Below are positions 38,919 through 51,651 of a stretch of 64,000 nucleotides of DNA, piece by piece. The notes beneath the pieces are model-generated. The model did not search any database, was not told where the DNA came from, and saw nothing but the letters and a program-made list of their open reading frames with translations. This stretch comes from Leucoraja erinacea. Taxonomy: Eukaryota. Where the stretch lies: assembly GCF_028641065.1 (NCBI RefSeq), contig NC_073410.1:6882001-6946000 (forward strand), read 5' to 3'. The position numbers and the translations under genes were made by a program. Each line of letters begins with the position of its first letter. Positions within the stretch are counted from its first letter, which is position 1.

Positions 38919-39278
38919 CGTTGGAGGGTAGCAAGGTCATCATTCTACCAGCCAGGAGGCAGAAGCTGTTTCACATCCTGGTGGTGCTGGCCTTGATGCC
39001 TCAGGTACCTCATGCCGGAGGGCAAAGGGGCAAACAGTCCATGGGAAGGGTAGGAGGAGTCCTTTATAATGTTGGAGGCTTTTCGGAGTGTCTTTTGTTG
39101 AAAATGTCCAGAATGTAAATGGAAACTTGATGCAAAACTATTTATTTTGTGTTGGCTAACAATATAATGAGTCAAGAAAACAAAAACAAAAAAATCACAC
39201 AACCTAGGCTATACAAGAACAGGGTAAATGGGATTAACTGCTAATATAACTGCTAATTAACTGTTAGATATTACGTCA

Positions 39279-39962
39279 TCGGGTGGCGCTGCGCAGCAGT
39301 CTGTTCGTCCTTTCACCATTTTTGTTATTTTTAATCTGTTTAAAAGTATGTTCCTGGATGTTGCTTAGACGTTTTTATGTGGGGGAGGTGGGAAGGGGAA
39401 GGGGGAAACCATTTCACAGTCACTTCATGATCGGGATGTGTCTATTCTCCGAGCCCTCCCCCCTCGCGGCCTACCATCTGGATTAGCGCAGCCTTTCCTG
39501 CCGGAGATCGGCCAGAGCTTCAGCGGCGGAGCAGCACTGAATCCCGTCGTGAAACAGGTGATGCCTTACCGGGGGTCGCCTGTGTTGGAGCTCCAGAGAG
39601 TTGGGTCAGCTGATTACATCGTACAGCTGTAGTTTCCGGGGCTTCCAGCCGCGGGCGGCATTGACTTTTAACATCGCGGAGTCCTGGGATCTTTTGCCGA
39701 GGATCGCCAGTGTTGGAGCTCCACCCAGCTCGGCCTGTGGACTTCGGAAGCCATGGTCTCCGGTAAGAAGTGGCCGATTCGTAAATCCAAGCGGCTGAGA
39801 GTGTTCTCCCGTTCAGACACCGGAGTTCCGATCATCCCGGCGAGAGGGCCTGAAACATCGGGCCAGCGTTGCGGTGACTGCGGAGCGCTCAAAGGCCCCG
39901 ACCACGGATGAACAAAGAGGAAGATGACTGGACTTTATTGCCTTCCCGCACAGTGGGGAACG
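39279..39962 (+). repeat. Unclassified GC/CpG-rich interspersed repeat
   Basis: Sharp GC-rich block with short recurring motifs; shares aacatcgcggag with the interior of 30242-31112. No ORF recognised. Confidence 0.5.
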
Positions 39963-40062
39963 TTGAGGGTAGTAGGGGTGGACTTTCTCCCAGGCATGGT
40001 GTTGAGCGCCTCAAAGGTGCGCTTATGAAGTCAATCCGAAGGTAGACAAACTGCTGGAGTAA

Positions 40063-40279
40063 AGGGCCTGTCCCACTTTCACAACCTAATTCACGACCTC
40101 TGCCGAGTTTGTCCTTGACTCATACTCGCAGCATGGTCGTCATGAGGTCATAGGTAGGTCGTGATGCTAGTCGTAGATACTCGTGGCATCAAGTAGGTCG
40201 GGGCGTTTTTCTAGCCTGATGAAAAATGTCCACGAGTAAAAACGGTCGTGAATTAGGACGTGAAAGTGGAACAGACCCT
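40063..40279. mobile_element. Harbinger-like MITE (family E) inserted in a hammerhead unit
   Basis: ctggag-TAA-[AGGGCCTGTCCCACT...AGTGGAACAGACCCT]-TAA-ctcagcggg. Inverted relative at 56761-56965. Confidence 0.86.
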
Positions 40280-40323
40280 TAACTCAGCGGGTGAGGCAGC
40301 ATCTCTGGAGTGAAGGAATGGGC

Positions 40324-40351
40324 GACGTTTCGGGTCGAGACCCTTCTTCAG
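40324..40351 (-). ncRNA. Minimal hammerhead ribozyme motif, sense to the CDH23 pre-mRNA (activity untested)
   Basis: Minus strand reads CUGAAGA-A-GGGU-CUCG-ACCC-GAAA-CGUC: conserved core boxes, 4-bp stem II, palindromic ACGU stem III and GUC triplet. Stem I is weak. Confidence 0.6.
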
Positions 40352-43300
40352 AAGATTCAATCGCTTTAACAACGATTTAATTCAATTATCTTTGTTTAGT
40401 TATCCTAGAGTATTAGCCCATATTTAACAGCCACCACATCCTCATTTGTCTGCTACATATGCAATGTTTAAACGATATTACAGTGGGCAATCTTCAGTTT
40501 AAAAACATGCACTAAAACAGAAGATACTGCTGACCATTCTCTCCAGTGGATTGACTCACACGATCAGGCTGCAAGATTTGCAAAGTCAAACACAATAAAG
40601 ACCAACAGAGGATGCCAGGGGACTGAGTTGTCTTCATCCACATTAGCCTTTTAGCCTTTCATTTGCAACACCAAGGCACCAAGGTTTGGGGTCATCATTC
40701 ACTATCACGAGCCAAAGCAATCAGACTGCATGAGGAGTCACAATGCGTCCGATTCCCCAGCGAGGAGCACGTTGCACTTTAGGACTGTGAGCTGGGACAG
40801 CGCAAGAGTACCCGAGGCAAAACACTGCGAATGCCAGGAATACGAAATGAAGACATCACCAGCAGGAAAAGATCTACCGTTCAGGCAGTAGTGGAGGAAC
40901 AGTTGGCACTGAAGGGGAAAAAGACCATGCCGACCAAGATGCCCCATCCAAGCCCGTCCCATCTGCCCTATGGCCCTCCAAACCGTTCCTATCCATGAAC
41001 CTGTTTCAAGTGTCTGTTACATTATTTTATTGTTTCCTGCCTCAACTATTTCCTGTGGCAGCTCATTCCATTTACCCACCACCCTCCGCATGTAAACGTT
41101 GCCACTCAGGCGCAGCACAATGGCGCAGCGGTAGAGTTGCTGCCTTGCAGCACCAGAGACTGGGGTTCGATCCTGACTGCGGGTGCTGTCTGTGGGTGCG
41201 GAGTTTGACTTTCTCCCTGTTACTGTGCCTGCCCAACCCCTTATAGGTCAAAACCCACAAGTCCCAGCATCATCATTGCAAATCTTCTCTGGGCTCTTTA
41301 CAGCTTGCTGGCATCTTTCCTGTAACAGACTGAGCAAAACTGAACACAGTACTGCATGAGTAGCCGGAACATGAGTGACCAAGCCACAAAGACAAAACAC
41401 TGCAGAAGTCAGGGTGATGAAATAAAAACATAATGAAAACAAACAAATAAAGTGACCAACTAGCACTTCAGGTTGGTGATCTTCCTTCAGAATAGTATTG
41501 AGGAAATGTAGAAACAAACAAACTGCAGATTTAATTTAGTTTAGTTTGGAGATCCAGTGTGAAAACAGGCCCGCACTGGCCAGCGATCCCCGCACATTAA
41601 CGCTATCGTACACACACTCAGGGAAATTTACATTTACACCAAGTCAATTAACCTACAGACCTGTACGTCTTTGGAGTGTGGGAGGAAACCAAAGATCTCA
41701 GAGAAAATCCACGCAGGTCACGTACAAATTCCGTACAGACTAGCACCCGTAGTCAGGATCGAACCGGGGTCTCTGGCGGTGTAAGGCAGTCGCTCTACCA
41801 CTGCACCATGCCGCCCGCAGATGCTGGTTTATACCAAAGATAAATACGACGCAAGCTGATGTCCCTTTCCTCGGCCGGAAATCTTTGTGTCCCGGGAGCG
41901 CCTCCTACAGGCGACCTTGAAGGGGCCGGAGGCAGTACTCCAGTTCACCTTCTGACCGGCTCTTGCTCCTCACGTCCAGAGTAAATGTGGAGTAAACTAG
42001 GACAGAGCTGAATGAAACATATTCTGCTTTTAAAGTTCTGAGTTTTTGCAGTTCTTGGTATTGGTTTATTGTTGTCATGTATATTGAGATACAGAAAAAC
42101 AAAGTACTGTCCAGGTAAATTATCGATAAATGATTACAATCAAATCATCCATGAGTATGAGGGATGGTGCAAATGGTGAAAGGATTAAGTGCAGAATAAA
42201 ATGTGCAGATAAAAAGCAGATAGGAAAAATGCAAGGGTCGCAATGTGGTAGATTGGAGGATCCGGAATACATCCTTGTCTTTGGAGAGGACAATTCACAG
42301 GTCTGATACAGCAGGGAGGAAGCTGCGTTTTTAACCTGGAGGCAAATGCTTTCATTCTTTTATATTTTCTGCCTGACGGGAGAGGAGCGGAAAGGGAATG
42401 ACCAGGGTGTGAGTGGTTCTTGATTACGTTGGCTGCTTTCCCGAGGCAGTGTGAAATGTCAATAGAGTCTTGCTCAAAGGACGGTGGAATCAAGGTCCAT
42501 TTTACATTGCTTGGGTTATTTCCAAACTCTTCTTTTGATGGAGAATAAATATACTTATCATGCCCTGAAGTTATCCCAAAACGCATGACTAATATTATTG
42601 ATGTGCTGTCACTGAACGTAATGAGATTGCTGTGAATATTTTGAAGGCAGAGGTTGGCAGATTCTTGATAAGTAAGGGGTGAGAGTTTACCTTGGGTGGG
42701 CAGGAGTGCAGAGTCCAGGCTGCATTCATAGTATACATTATCTGATTCAATGTTACAACAGGCTTGAGGGACCAAGCAGCCTGGTCCTGGTCCTAATTCC
42801 TACCTTCCTATGAAGTTTCATACTTCATGCAACATACTTCCCCTGCAGAACAAGCCAAGAGACTCTTAATATGCAGAGTTACGGGTGTTTTGTTGTTCAT
42901 CTTAGTATTTTGTTTGGAGATACAGCGTGGAAAAAGGCCCTTCTGCCCACCAAGTCTGTGCCGACCATTGGTCCCCCATGCACTAACACAGCAGCCTTCA
43001 ACCAATTCTGCGCTATTAACGGAAGCACCTCTCTCATCGTCCCTGGAACAACCACAGCAGAATTTAGTTTAGTTTAGTTTTGGAGATACAGTGCGGAAAT
43101 AGGCCCTTCGGCCCACCGTGTCCGCACTGACCAGCGATCCCTGTACACTCGTACTATCCTACACACCAGGGACAAGTTACAATTTTTACCAAAGCCAAAT
43201 CAACCTACAAACCTGTACGTCTTTGGAGTGTGGGAGGAAACCGGAGGGCCTGGAGAGAACCCACACGGTCACGGGGAGAACGGGCAAACTCCGTACAGAC

Positions 43301-43530
43301 AAGATTAGATTCGATTAGATTCAACTTTATTGTCATTGCACAAATACGAGTACAGGTACAACGAAATGCAGTTAAGCATCTAATCAGTGGAAAGTAGTAA
43401 AATACTAGTTAAAACAATATGTACAATGTGGGTAAATTAATCTAGTAATCTAGATTAATCTAGATTACAGACGTAATCAGGATCGAACCCGGGTCATTTG
43501 TTCCAAAACGGAGCAATGGAAGTCTTATTT

Positions 43531-43539
43531 GCAGCAGCA

Positions 43540-43578
<39 letters not shown>
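43531..43578. repeat. (GCA)16 trinucleotide repeat with one interruption
   Basis: Directly visible; reads as (CUG)n in the CDH23 pre-mRNA. Confidence 0.95.
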
Positions 43579-43579
<1 letters not shown>

Positions 43580-45070
43580 GACAGATTTGTCAACATAGTA
43601 CTCAATAATAGATAAAATAATAAACAGAAATAAAAGTTCAATACATAAAAACGGCAATAGAGTGCAAAAACATAAAGCCCAATGTCCTTACTGCAACCAA
43701 GGGAGTTTATAGTTTGGACTTTAGATGGAGTTAGTGTATGTTGGATAAATGAGAACCAACTAATGTCTTGGTTATACACAGAAAGGTACAAAACATTCAG
43801 AGACTACCTGAATCTCTACACTTGAACCATGATTTCGAAGTGATATCACAATCAACAAACCCAATCAGCTGCAAAAATCTAACTGCTGGAGGAGCTCTTT
43901 GTGTCAGGCAGCATCTTTGGAGAGAAATGAGCCTGGAGGTACAGTAACGCAGAGGCTGGAGCTGCTGCCTCACAGCACCAGAGATCCCGACTCCACCCTG
44001 ACCTCAGGTGCTGTATGTGTGGAGTTTGCACGATCTCCCTGGGACCACGTAGGTCTCCTCTTGGTACTCGGTCTCATCCCACATCCTAAAGACGTGCGGG
44101 GTTGTTGGCCTCTGTAAAGTGGCCTCTGTAAATCGTCTCTCATGCGCAGTGAGTGGATGAGAAAGTGGAATGACATGGAACTAGTGATCGATGGTTGGCG
44201 TGGACTCAGTGGGTTGAAGGCCCCGTTTCCATGCTGTATCTCCAAAACTAAAACTAAATGAAAAAGGATATTGATTTTTTTTCATCTTGATCTCCCATTG
44301 CACCTCAGCGTCAGAGAATATGGTCTCACTTTTTGACCTGTGGTCAACTGTGACTCCAAGTCACTTGGGCTGAATCACAACTCCAAATTGTGCTTCTTAC
44401 AGTCTCTGACTTTGTTCACACATCTTTTCTCTTCCCTATTAAACAACTGATTTAACCCCAACATAACAAACTGAACATAGCCGTCTGAGGAAGGGTCTCG
44501 ACCCGAAACGTTGCCCATCGCTTCTCTCCAGAGATGTTGCCTGTCCCGCTGAGTTACTCCAGCATTTTGTGTCTCTGACAAGCCCAACCCCACGCTCCCC
44601 ACCACCCTTCCACTCCGTCCATCCACCCTCCCACGCTCACTCACAAAGCATAACACAAGGTTCCTGTCACCATCACTGACTCCACACACAATCCGACATC
44701 TACATCATTCATTTCCTCATAGACTTCCTCAAGGTTTTGTAGCTTTATTGGGATTAGATCAATATTCAGACGCATTTTCACTCCACAATTTACATCTACC
44801 CAGAGTCTTACAGCGTGGAAACAGGCCCTTCTGCCCAACATGTCCATGCTTGACCAACATGTCCCACCTATACTAGTCCCACCTGCCTGCATTTGGCCCA
44901 TATCTCTCTAAACCTATCCCATCCATGTACATGTCTAAATGTTTCTCAAATGTTGTGATAGTTCCTGCCTCCTCTACCTCCTCCGGCAGCTCGTTCCGTA
45001 TACCTACCACCCTTTGTGTAAAAAAATTTTGCCCCTCGGCTTCCGATTAAATCTTTTCCCAATCACCTTA

Positions 45071-45162
45071 AACCTATGTCCTCTGGTGCTCAAAAGGTAT
45101 GCCCTCTGGTTCTCGAAACCTATGCTCTCTGGTTCTCAAAACCTATGTCCTCTGGTTCTCGA
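45071..45162. repeat. About 4 x 23-bp tandem repeat at the end of a CR1 fragment (about 44805-45165, minus)
   Basis: Unit aacctatgtcctctggttctcRa. Confidence 0.85.
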
Positions 45163-45357
45163 TAGGCCGTGAGAATCAAGGAGCATCAGGAACAGGCCCT
45201 TTGGCTCACTACATCCATGCCCACCACTTTACCCACCTACACTAATCCAACTGAACAGCAATTGCTATGCAGCCTTCCAAACCCTGGTGATCCAAGTGCC
45301 CATCAAGGTACTTCTCCCTCCTTTGGCCATTAAGTTCAGATTCCAATCACCCACTAA

Positions 45358-45694
45358 AGGGCCTGTCCCACTGTACGAGGTAATTCCCCCGAGTTTTCCC
45401 CTGATTCGAACTCGGAGAATGTCCGTAGCGGGTACGTTGGAGTTCGTGGATGTCTCGTAATGCTAACGGCGGGTACTCGGGACATCCGGCAAACTCATGA
45501 CTTTTTTTTCCAACACTGTGAAAAATGTCAGCGAGTAAAAAAAAATACTTGTGATGAAAAAAATTGTTACTTTTTACTCGTACGAGCCGCTACGGACATT
45601 CCTACGGACCCGCTACGGACATTCTCCGAGTTCAAATCAGGGGAAAACCCGGGAGAATTACTCTTGAATTACCTCGTACAGTGCGACAGGCCCT
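45358..45694. mobile_element. Harbinger-like MITE (family A)
   Basis: TIRs agggcctgtcccactgtacgaggtaattc / gaattacctcgtacagtgcgacaggccct; flanks TAA / TAC. Confidence 0.84.
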
Positions 45695-47394
45695 TACGTG
45701 TAAAACCTCTTCTTCAGATCCCCTCGAAACCTTGACCCATTTTCTTACACCCATGCCACTGAGCTTGAGATGTATCTCTCTGTTGGGAAGAAACAACTAT
45801 CTCTCCATCTCCCCCTACCCCCCTCAGCCTCCACTCGTCCAAAGAAACCAGGATCAGTCTATCTTGTCTCACCTTATAACTGAGCTACTCCAGCCCAGGC
45901 AACATTATTTTAAGCTTCGTCCACTAAACCTTGCAGTCTTTGAATCATTTTATTTTCTCACCTGCCCTCCAAATCGTTGTCAGGTCGGAAATTAGCCCTG
46001 TTATATTTTTTAGTCGGCATTTAGGTTGTAGCAATGGTTCATTACTGTAGGGATCCACCTTTAATGCTTCAGCTCGCGATTCATAGAGGGAGACCATCTT
46101 TCTCACAGCTTATTACGCTTTCAAAATCTCACAAAACTCACTGGCAAAAGCTACAGCATTCAGGTAATCAGTTTAATCCATCACAATTTCAAACCCGCAC
46201 TGGTTTGAAAACAAAAAAACACAAATGAATTTTTATTTCACCAAAGGAAAATGCTTTTTGAAATGTGTCCTCTGGGTCAGCTTAAAATATATTTGAAAAG
46301 AGGCAAACATCTGGAAGCAACAAAATATTGCCACCTACGGATTAGGTATTACTCATTGGGAAATTGTTAACATGTTAACATCGAGACATGCACTTCATTT
46401 TAAGCAATAGAATGTGTTAAATGCAAATCAAATGATGAACAATCAGGGTGAAATAACCCAGCAAAGTGCTGGAATAACTCAGTGGGTCAGGCGGCGTCTG
46501 TGGAGGGAATGGGTTGACAGTATTTTCGGATCGGGACAGTGCTCTGATAAACAATATGGGGGGTGTTTTCTCATGTGTTCTGTGTAGGTGGCCGGTGCAG
46601 ACAAATTTAGTGTTTCCCCCATCATGGAAATAAGCCTTTCTGCTCACGCGATCCATCCAGTAACTATTTACCCCAAATTCTCTTTTTTCCCCAACGCATT
46701 CCAAGGGGAACCACAAATGGGATACTTTGTGTTAAAATGGAATACTATGTAACCTTGTCAGCGCCCTTTATCTAGTGACTCTTTGCATACCTTGAGTTTG
46801 CAATGCAAAGAATCTTCACCACGACTTGCCGCATATGACAAAAAAGTATCTTTCATTCATTCACTCACTCAGCTCCCCCCAGATGCTTCCACTCATCTGC
46901 ACACTTGGGGCAATCTATTATGGCCAACTAACCGACCAACTCTGAAGCCTTTGGGACGTGGGAGGAGACGGCAGCAGTCGGAGGAAACTCACTGAACGTG
47001 GTTGCAGAGAGAACATGCAAACTCCGCAAAAGACAGCAGCCAAGATCAGGACTGAACCGAGGTAACAGCAGCAGTGAGGCATGACTGTGCTGCCATCTGT
47101 ATGCAATCATGTCTGCCGCTGTTAAGCAAAGCTCCGTAGAAGATTTATTAGAGACAACAAAATGCTGATGCCCATTCACCAAACAAAGAAAACAAACTGT
47201 TTAAGAAGGAACTGCAGATGCTGGAAAATCGAAGGTACACAAAAAAGCTGGAGAAACTCAGCGGGTGCAACAGCATCTATGGAGCGAAGGAAAAAGGCAA
47301 CGTTTCGGGCCAAAACCCTTCTTCAGACAACAAAGAGGTGGAGTAACGCAGCGGGTCAGGCAGTGCCTCTGTAAAACATGGATAGGTGACGCTT

Positions 47395-48098
47395 CATAGA
47401 AACATAGAAAATAGGTGCAGGAGTTGGCCATTCAGCCCTTTGAGCCAGCACTGCCATTCAATATGATCATGGCTGATCATCTAAAATCAGTACCCTGTTC
47501 CTGCTTTTTCCCATATCCCTTGATTCTTTTAACACTAAGAGCTAAATCTCTCTTGAAAACATCCAGTGAATTGGCCTCCACTGCCTTCTGTGGCAGAGAA
47601 TTCCACAGATTCACAACTCTCTGGGTGAAGAAGTTTTCCTCACCTCAGTCCTAAATGGCCTACCCCTTATTCTTAAACTGCGACCCCTTGTTTTGGACTC
47701 CCCCAACATCGGGAACATTTTCCTGCATCTAGCCTGTCCAATCATTTTATGTTTCTGTAAGATCCCCCTCATATCCTTCCAAATTCCAGTGAATACAAGC
47801 CCAGTCCACCCATTCTTTCATATGTCAGTCCCGTCATCCCAGGAATTAACCTGGTGAATTTACGTTGCACTCCCTCAATGGCAATAATGTCCTTCCACAA
47901 ATTAGGTGACCAAAATTGCATACAGTACTGCAGGTACACAAAATTTCTGGAGAAACTCAGCGGGTGCAGCAGCATCTATGGAGCGAAGGAAATAGGTGAC
48001 ATTTCGGGCCGAAACCCTTCTTCAGACTGATGACTGCAGGTGCAGTTTCACCAGGGTCCCGTACAACTGCAGTAGGACTACCTTGCTCCTAAACTCCA
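47395..48098 (-). mobile_element. CR1 3' fragment interrupted by a hammerhead unit (47936-48032, TSD actgcaggt)
   Basis: YCMQFWSP...IEGVQRKFTRLIPGM remnant; direct repeat actgcaggt at 47927-47935 / 48033-48041. Confidence 0.86.
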
Positions 48099-50185
48099 AA
48101 GTTTTCCTTTAACCTGCCAGATGCTCCTAATACTGATTAGCTCGAAGGGCCGAATGGCCTCTACTCCTGCACCTATTTTCTATGTTTCTATCTGGAGATG
48201 TCATAAAAGGCTTCCAGACCAAATATGTAGCTCATTTTAAATAACCCTGATTTTGAGGAGAATTTCTGTAGCCAGAACTCGAGGGCCTGAGCTATGGGGA
48301 GATGTTGGTCCAACTCAGATTTTATTCCTTGGACCATGGGAGAATGAGGGGTGATCTTATAGAGGTGTATACAATCATGAGGGGAAATAGATAGGGTGGA
48401 TGCACAGAGTCTTTTACACAGGGTGGGGGAATCAAGAACCAGAGGTCATAAGCTTTAAGGTAAGATTTTATAGAGAACCTGGCGGGGGGGAACTTTTTCA
48501 CTTCGAGGGTGGTGGGCATATGGAACAAGCTGCCAGAGGAGGTAATTGAGGCAGGTACCATACAGCATTTAAAAGACACTTGGATAGATACCTGGGTAAG
48601 AAAGGTTCAGACAGATATGGGCAAAAATCAGGCCAAGGAGACTGGCTAAGATGGTGCATCATGGTTGGAATGGGTGAGTTTGGTCATATGGCCAGTTTCT
48701 CTGCTGTGTGATTCTATGACATGTTTTGCCCTCAATCCAAGATGCCCATCCAATATGGGGAGCCCACCTTGCCCAAATAATTGCCACGGCTTAAAGTTTG
48801 TCTAAAATTGAACGAGACCCTCACAAATGGCATTTGCGGCAAAGCATAAACTACGCCTGGCTGAAATGCGTCTCCTTTATTAAGTGTCAGCATCACTGCA
48901 TGTAAACAGCTCAATGACCCGACAACGGCAGCAGCTAATGTAAAATTTGATGCAAAAATAAGGAGGCGGTGAGGGTAAATTAAATGCTCCGACATGATTT
49001 AATCTTGCTTCAGTAAATGAGGAATTCCAATTAAGTATTTCACCTAGTAATTGTTTCCATAGTTGTGCTGTAACTGCTAAATTGAAAGGTTTTAATTTAT
49101 AGCTTAATTTCCCACTTGGCCTCTCATGGGCCCTAAACAGAGACCAGAGCAGCTACAACTTGCTGTTGAGTTTGCTCTACGGCAACAGAAAATCTCAGGA
49201 TACAACACCTACGATCGCCATTCAAGATTCAAGAGAGTTTATTGTCAAGTGTCCCAGATAGGACAGTGAAATTCTTGCTTTGCTTCAGCACAACAGAATA
49301 TAGTAGGCATAAATAAACACAAAACAAATCAGTGTGACCACATACCATTGAATACACACACAAATAAGCAGATAAAGTGCAAAAGGTTCTACCTCCGAAC
49401 GATATTAACTTGACTCCCGAAAAGACAAAATTGAGAGAATGGAAAACAAATTCTTGACTCTTGATCCAATTTTATTTTTCCCACATTCCCATTATCATAT
49501 CTGGGATTTTACCACTTCCTCCGTACTAGGAACAATTTATAACAGTCAATTTACCCCCCCCCCCCCCCCCCATTTGTGTGATGGTGGAGGAAACTGGGCC
49601 CTCGCAGGGTTAATGCATGTGGTCACAAGTATCAAAAATAAATTGCAAAGCTTCAAGAAGACGGCAAGGCTTAGGGATAGGTAGAATGTGTAAAATGTTT
49701 AAAGTCCTCTTCATGTGCTATAACAATTCTGTGCTTTAAAGGGGGTTGGAACTGAGCATGTGCACCTGGCACTTACTGCAGTCTACTGTAGTCAGGTTCT
49801 CTTCTCTGTTGACAAAGGACAAATAGCAATCGTAAAAGTGTAAAATAAGGTCGAAAGCGTAACAGGACATTGGTAATGGGGTGGAATAGGGCTGTGTTTA
49901 CTCTGCTGGGTCTTTCAGAGATGCACGATGTATATTTGTTGGAAGACCATTTGGAAGAAGGAAAAGTTATAAAGTGCCTTCTTCAATAAACAAATAACAA
50001 AGGAAAATTCTGTATAAAAGAAGCAGATGAATCTTTGTTCGTTGAGTTACATGTAATCACTGTATTTGGCGCTCTTAAATAAAGCCTTGATCGTCTTACC
50101 CGATCTTTGTGTTGTGTTTTAAAGTTTTGTTTAACACAGGGAAAACATGTAGAGATCTCAAAAGCGTGGATAATGAATTCAGTAG

Positions 50186-50904
50186 AGTCAAGTCAAGTCA
50201 AGTCAAGTTTATTTGTCACATACACATACGAGATGTGCAGTGAAATGAAAGTGGCAATGCTCGCGGACTTTTGTGCAAAAGACAAACAACAAAACAACCA
50301 AACAAATTATAAACACAATCATAACACACATATTCTTTTACATAATAAATAATAGAAGGAAAAAACGTTCTGTAGAGTTATTCCCTGGTGGGAAAGGCGT
50401 TTACAGTCCGAATTGCCTCTGGGAAGAAACTCCTTCTCAACCTCTCCGTTCTCACCGCATGGCAACGGAGGCGTTTGCCTGACCGTAGCGGCTGGAACAG
50501 TCCGTTGCAGGGGTGGAAGAGGTCTCTCATGATTTTATTTGCTCTGGAGTTGCACCTCCTGTTGTATAGTTCCTGCAGGGGGGTGAGTGAAGTTCCCATA
50601 GTGCGTTCGGCCGAATGGCACTACTCTCTGCAGAGCCTTCTTGTCCTTGGCAGAGCAATTCCCAAACCAGATGGTAATGTTCCCGGACAAGATGCTTTCC
50701 ACCACCGCTGCGTAGAAGCACTGGAGGATCCTCGGAGACACTCTGAATTTCCTCAATTGCCTGAGGTAAAGGCGCTGCCTTGCCTTACTCACCAGTGCTG
50801 AGGCGTGTGATGACCATGTCATATCCTCAGAGATGTGGACTCCCAGATATTTAAAACAGTTCATCCTATCCACAGGATCCCCATTTATACTCAATGGAGT
50901 GTGC
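50186..50904 (-). mobile_element. Rex1/Babar LINE 3' fragment (CTTGA-tail family)
   Basis: ORF 50535..50906(-) [15 protein letters not shown]...; (cttga)n tail; near-identical to the 3' part of 53642-54930. Confidence 0.92.
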
Positions 50905-51425
50905 AAAGCCAGGGACTTGAGACAGAATACTTGGTATTAAGGAGAAAAAAGAGGCTGAGAAGCTGAATTCTTGAGCAAAACAGCAAGCAGTTCATAAGTT
51001 ATAGAAGCAGAACTAGGCCATTCAGCCCATCATGTCCACTGCCATTCCTTCTCAACCCCATTCTCCTGCCTTCTACCCATTAACCCCCCAACACCCGACT
51101 GGTCTCGAACCTAAACATCGCCCATCCATTCCCTTCCCCAGATGCTGTCTGACCCACTAAGTTCCTCAAGCACTTTGTGTTTTACTCTGGTATTAATAGA
51201 AACACTTCAGGGAACCAGGAAATCTTGGAGATGCCAAATGGTAAGAACGACACAGCCAATGCCAATAGCTTATTGCAGTTCCTTGCCTCGACCTCATCTC
51301 CCACCACTTAGGCAACTAGATAAAAACATCTCAAAACAGAAGTGACTTGCTGCAAAATTGGCCAATGCACCCCGAAGTGAGATATTAACAACAAGGCCCT
51401 TCGTTTAAAACCTTGTGTGAACAAA

Positions 51426-51651
51426 TGCCCCTGTCCCACATAGGAAACCTGAACGGAAACCTCTGGAGACTTTGCGCCCCACACAAGGTTTCCGTGCAGT
51501 TCCTGGAGGTTGCAGGTGGTTGCCGGATGTTGCAGGTAGTGGAAGCAGGTAGGGAGACTGACAAAAACCTCCGGGAACCTCACGGAAACCTTTGGTGGGG
51601 CGCAAAGTCTCCAGAGGTTTCCATGCAGGTTTCCTAAGTGGGACAGGGGCA
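51426..51651. mobile_element. Harbinger-like MITE (family F, long palindromic arms)
   Basis: TGCCCCTGTCCCAC...GTGGGACAGGGGCA with about 65-bp inverted arms (ggaaacctctggagactttgcgcccc). Confidence 0.82.

Noticed and set aside
42185-42775. 196-aa minus-strand ORF
   Set aside because: Chance read-through across decayed CR1-like and Rex1-like fragments (KAANVIKNHSHPGHSLSAPLPSGRKY).
43460-43791. Poly-Leu / poly-Cys ORFs
   Set aside because: Translations of the trinucleotide repeat; no splice or homology support.
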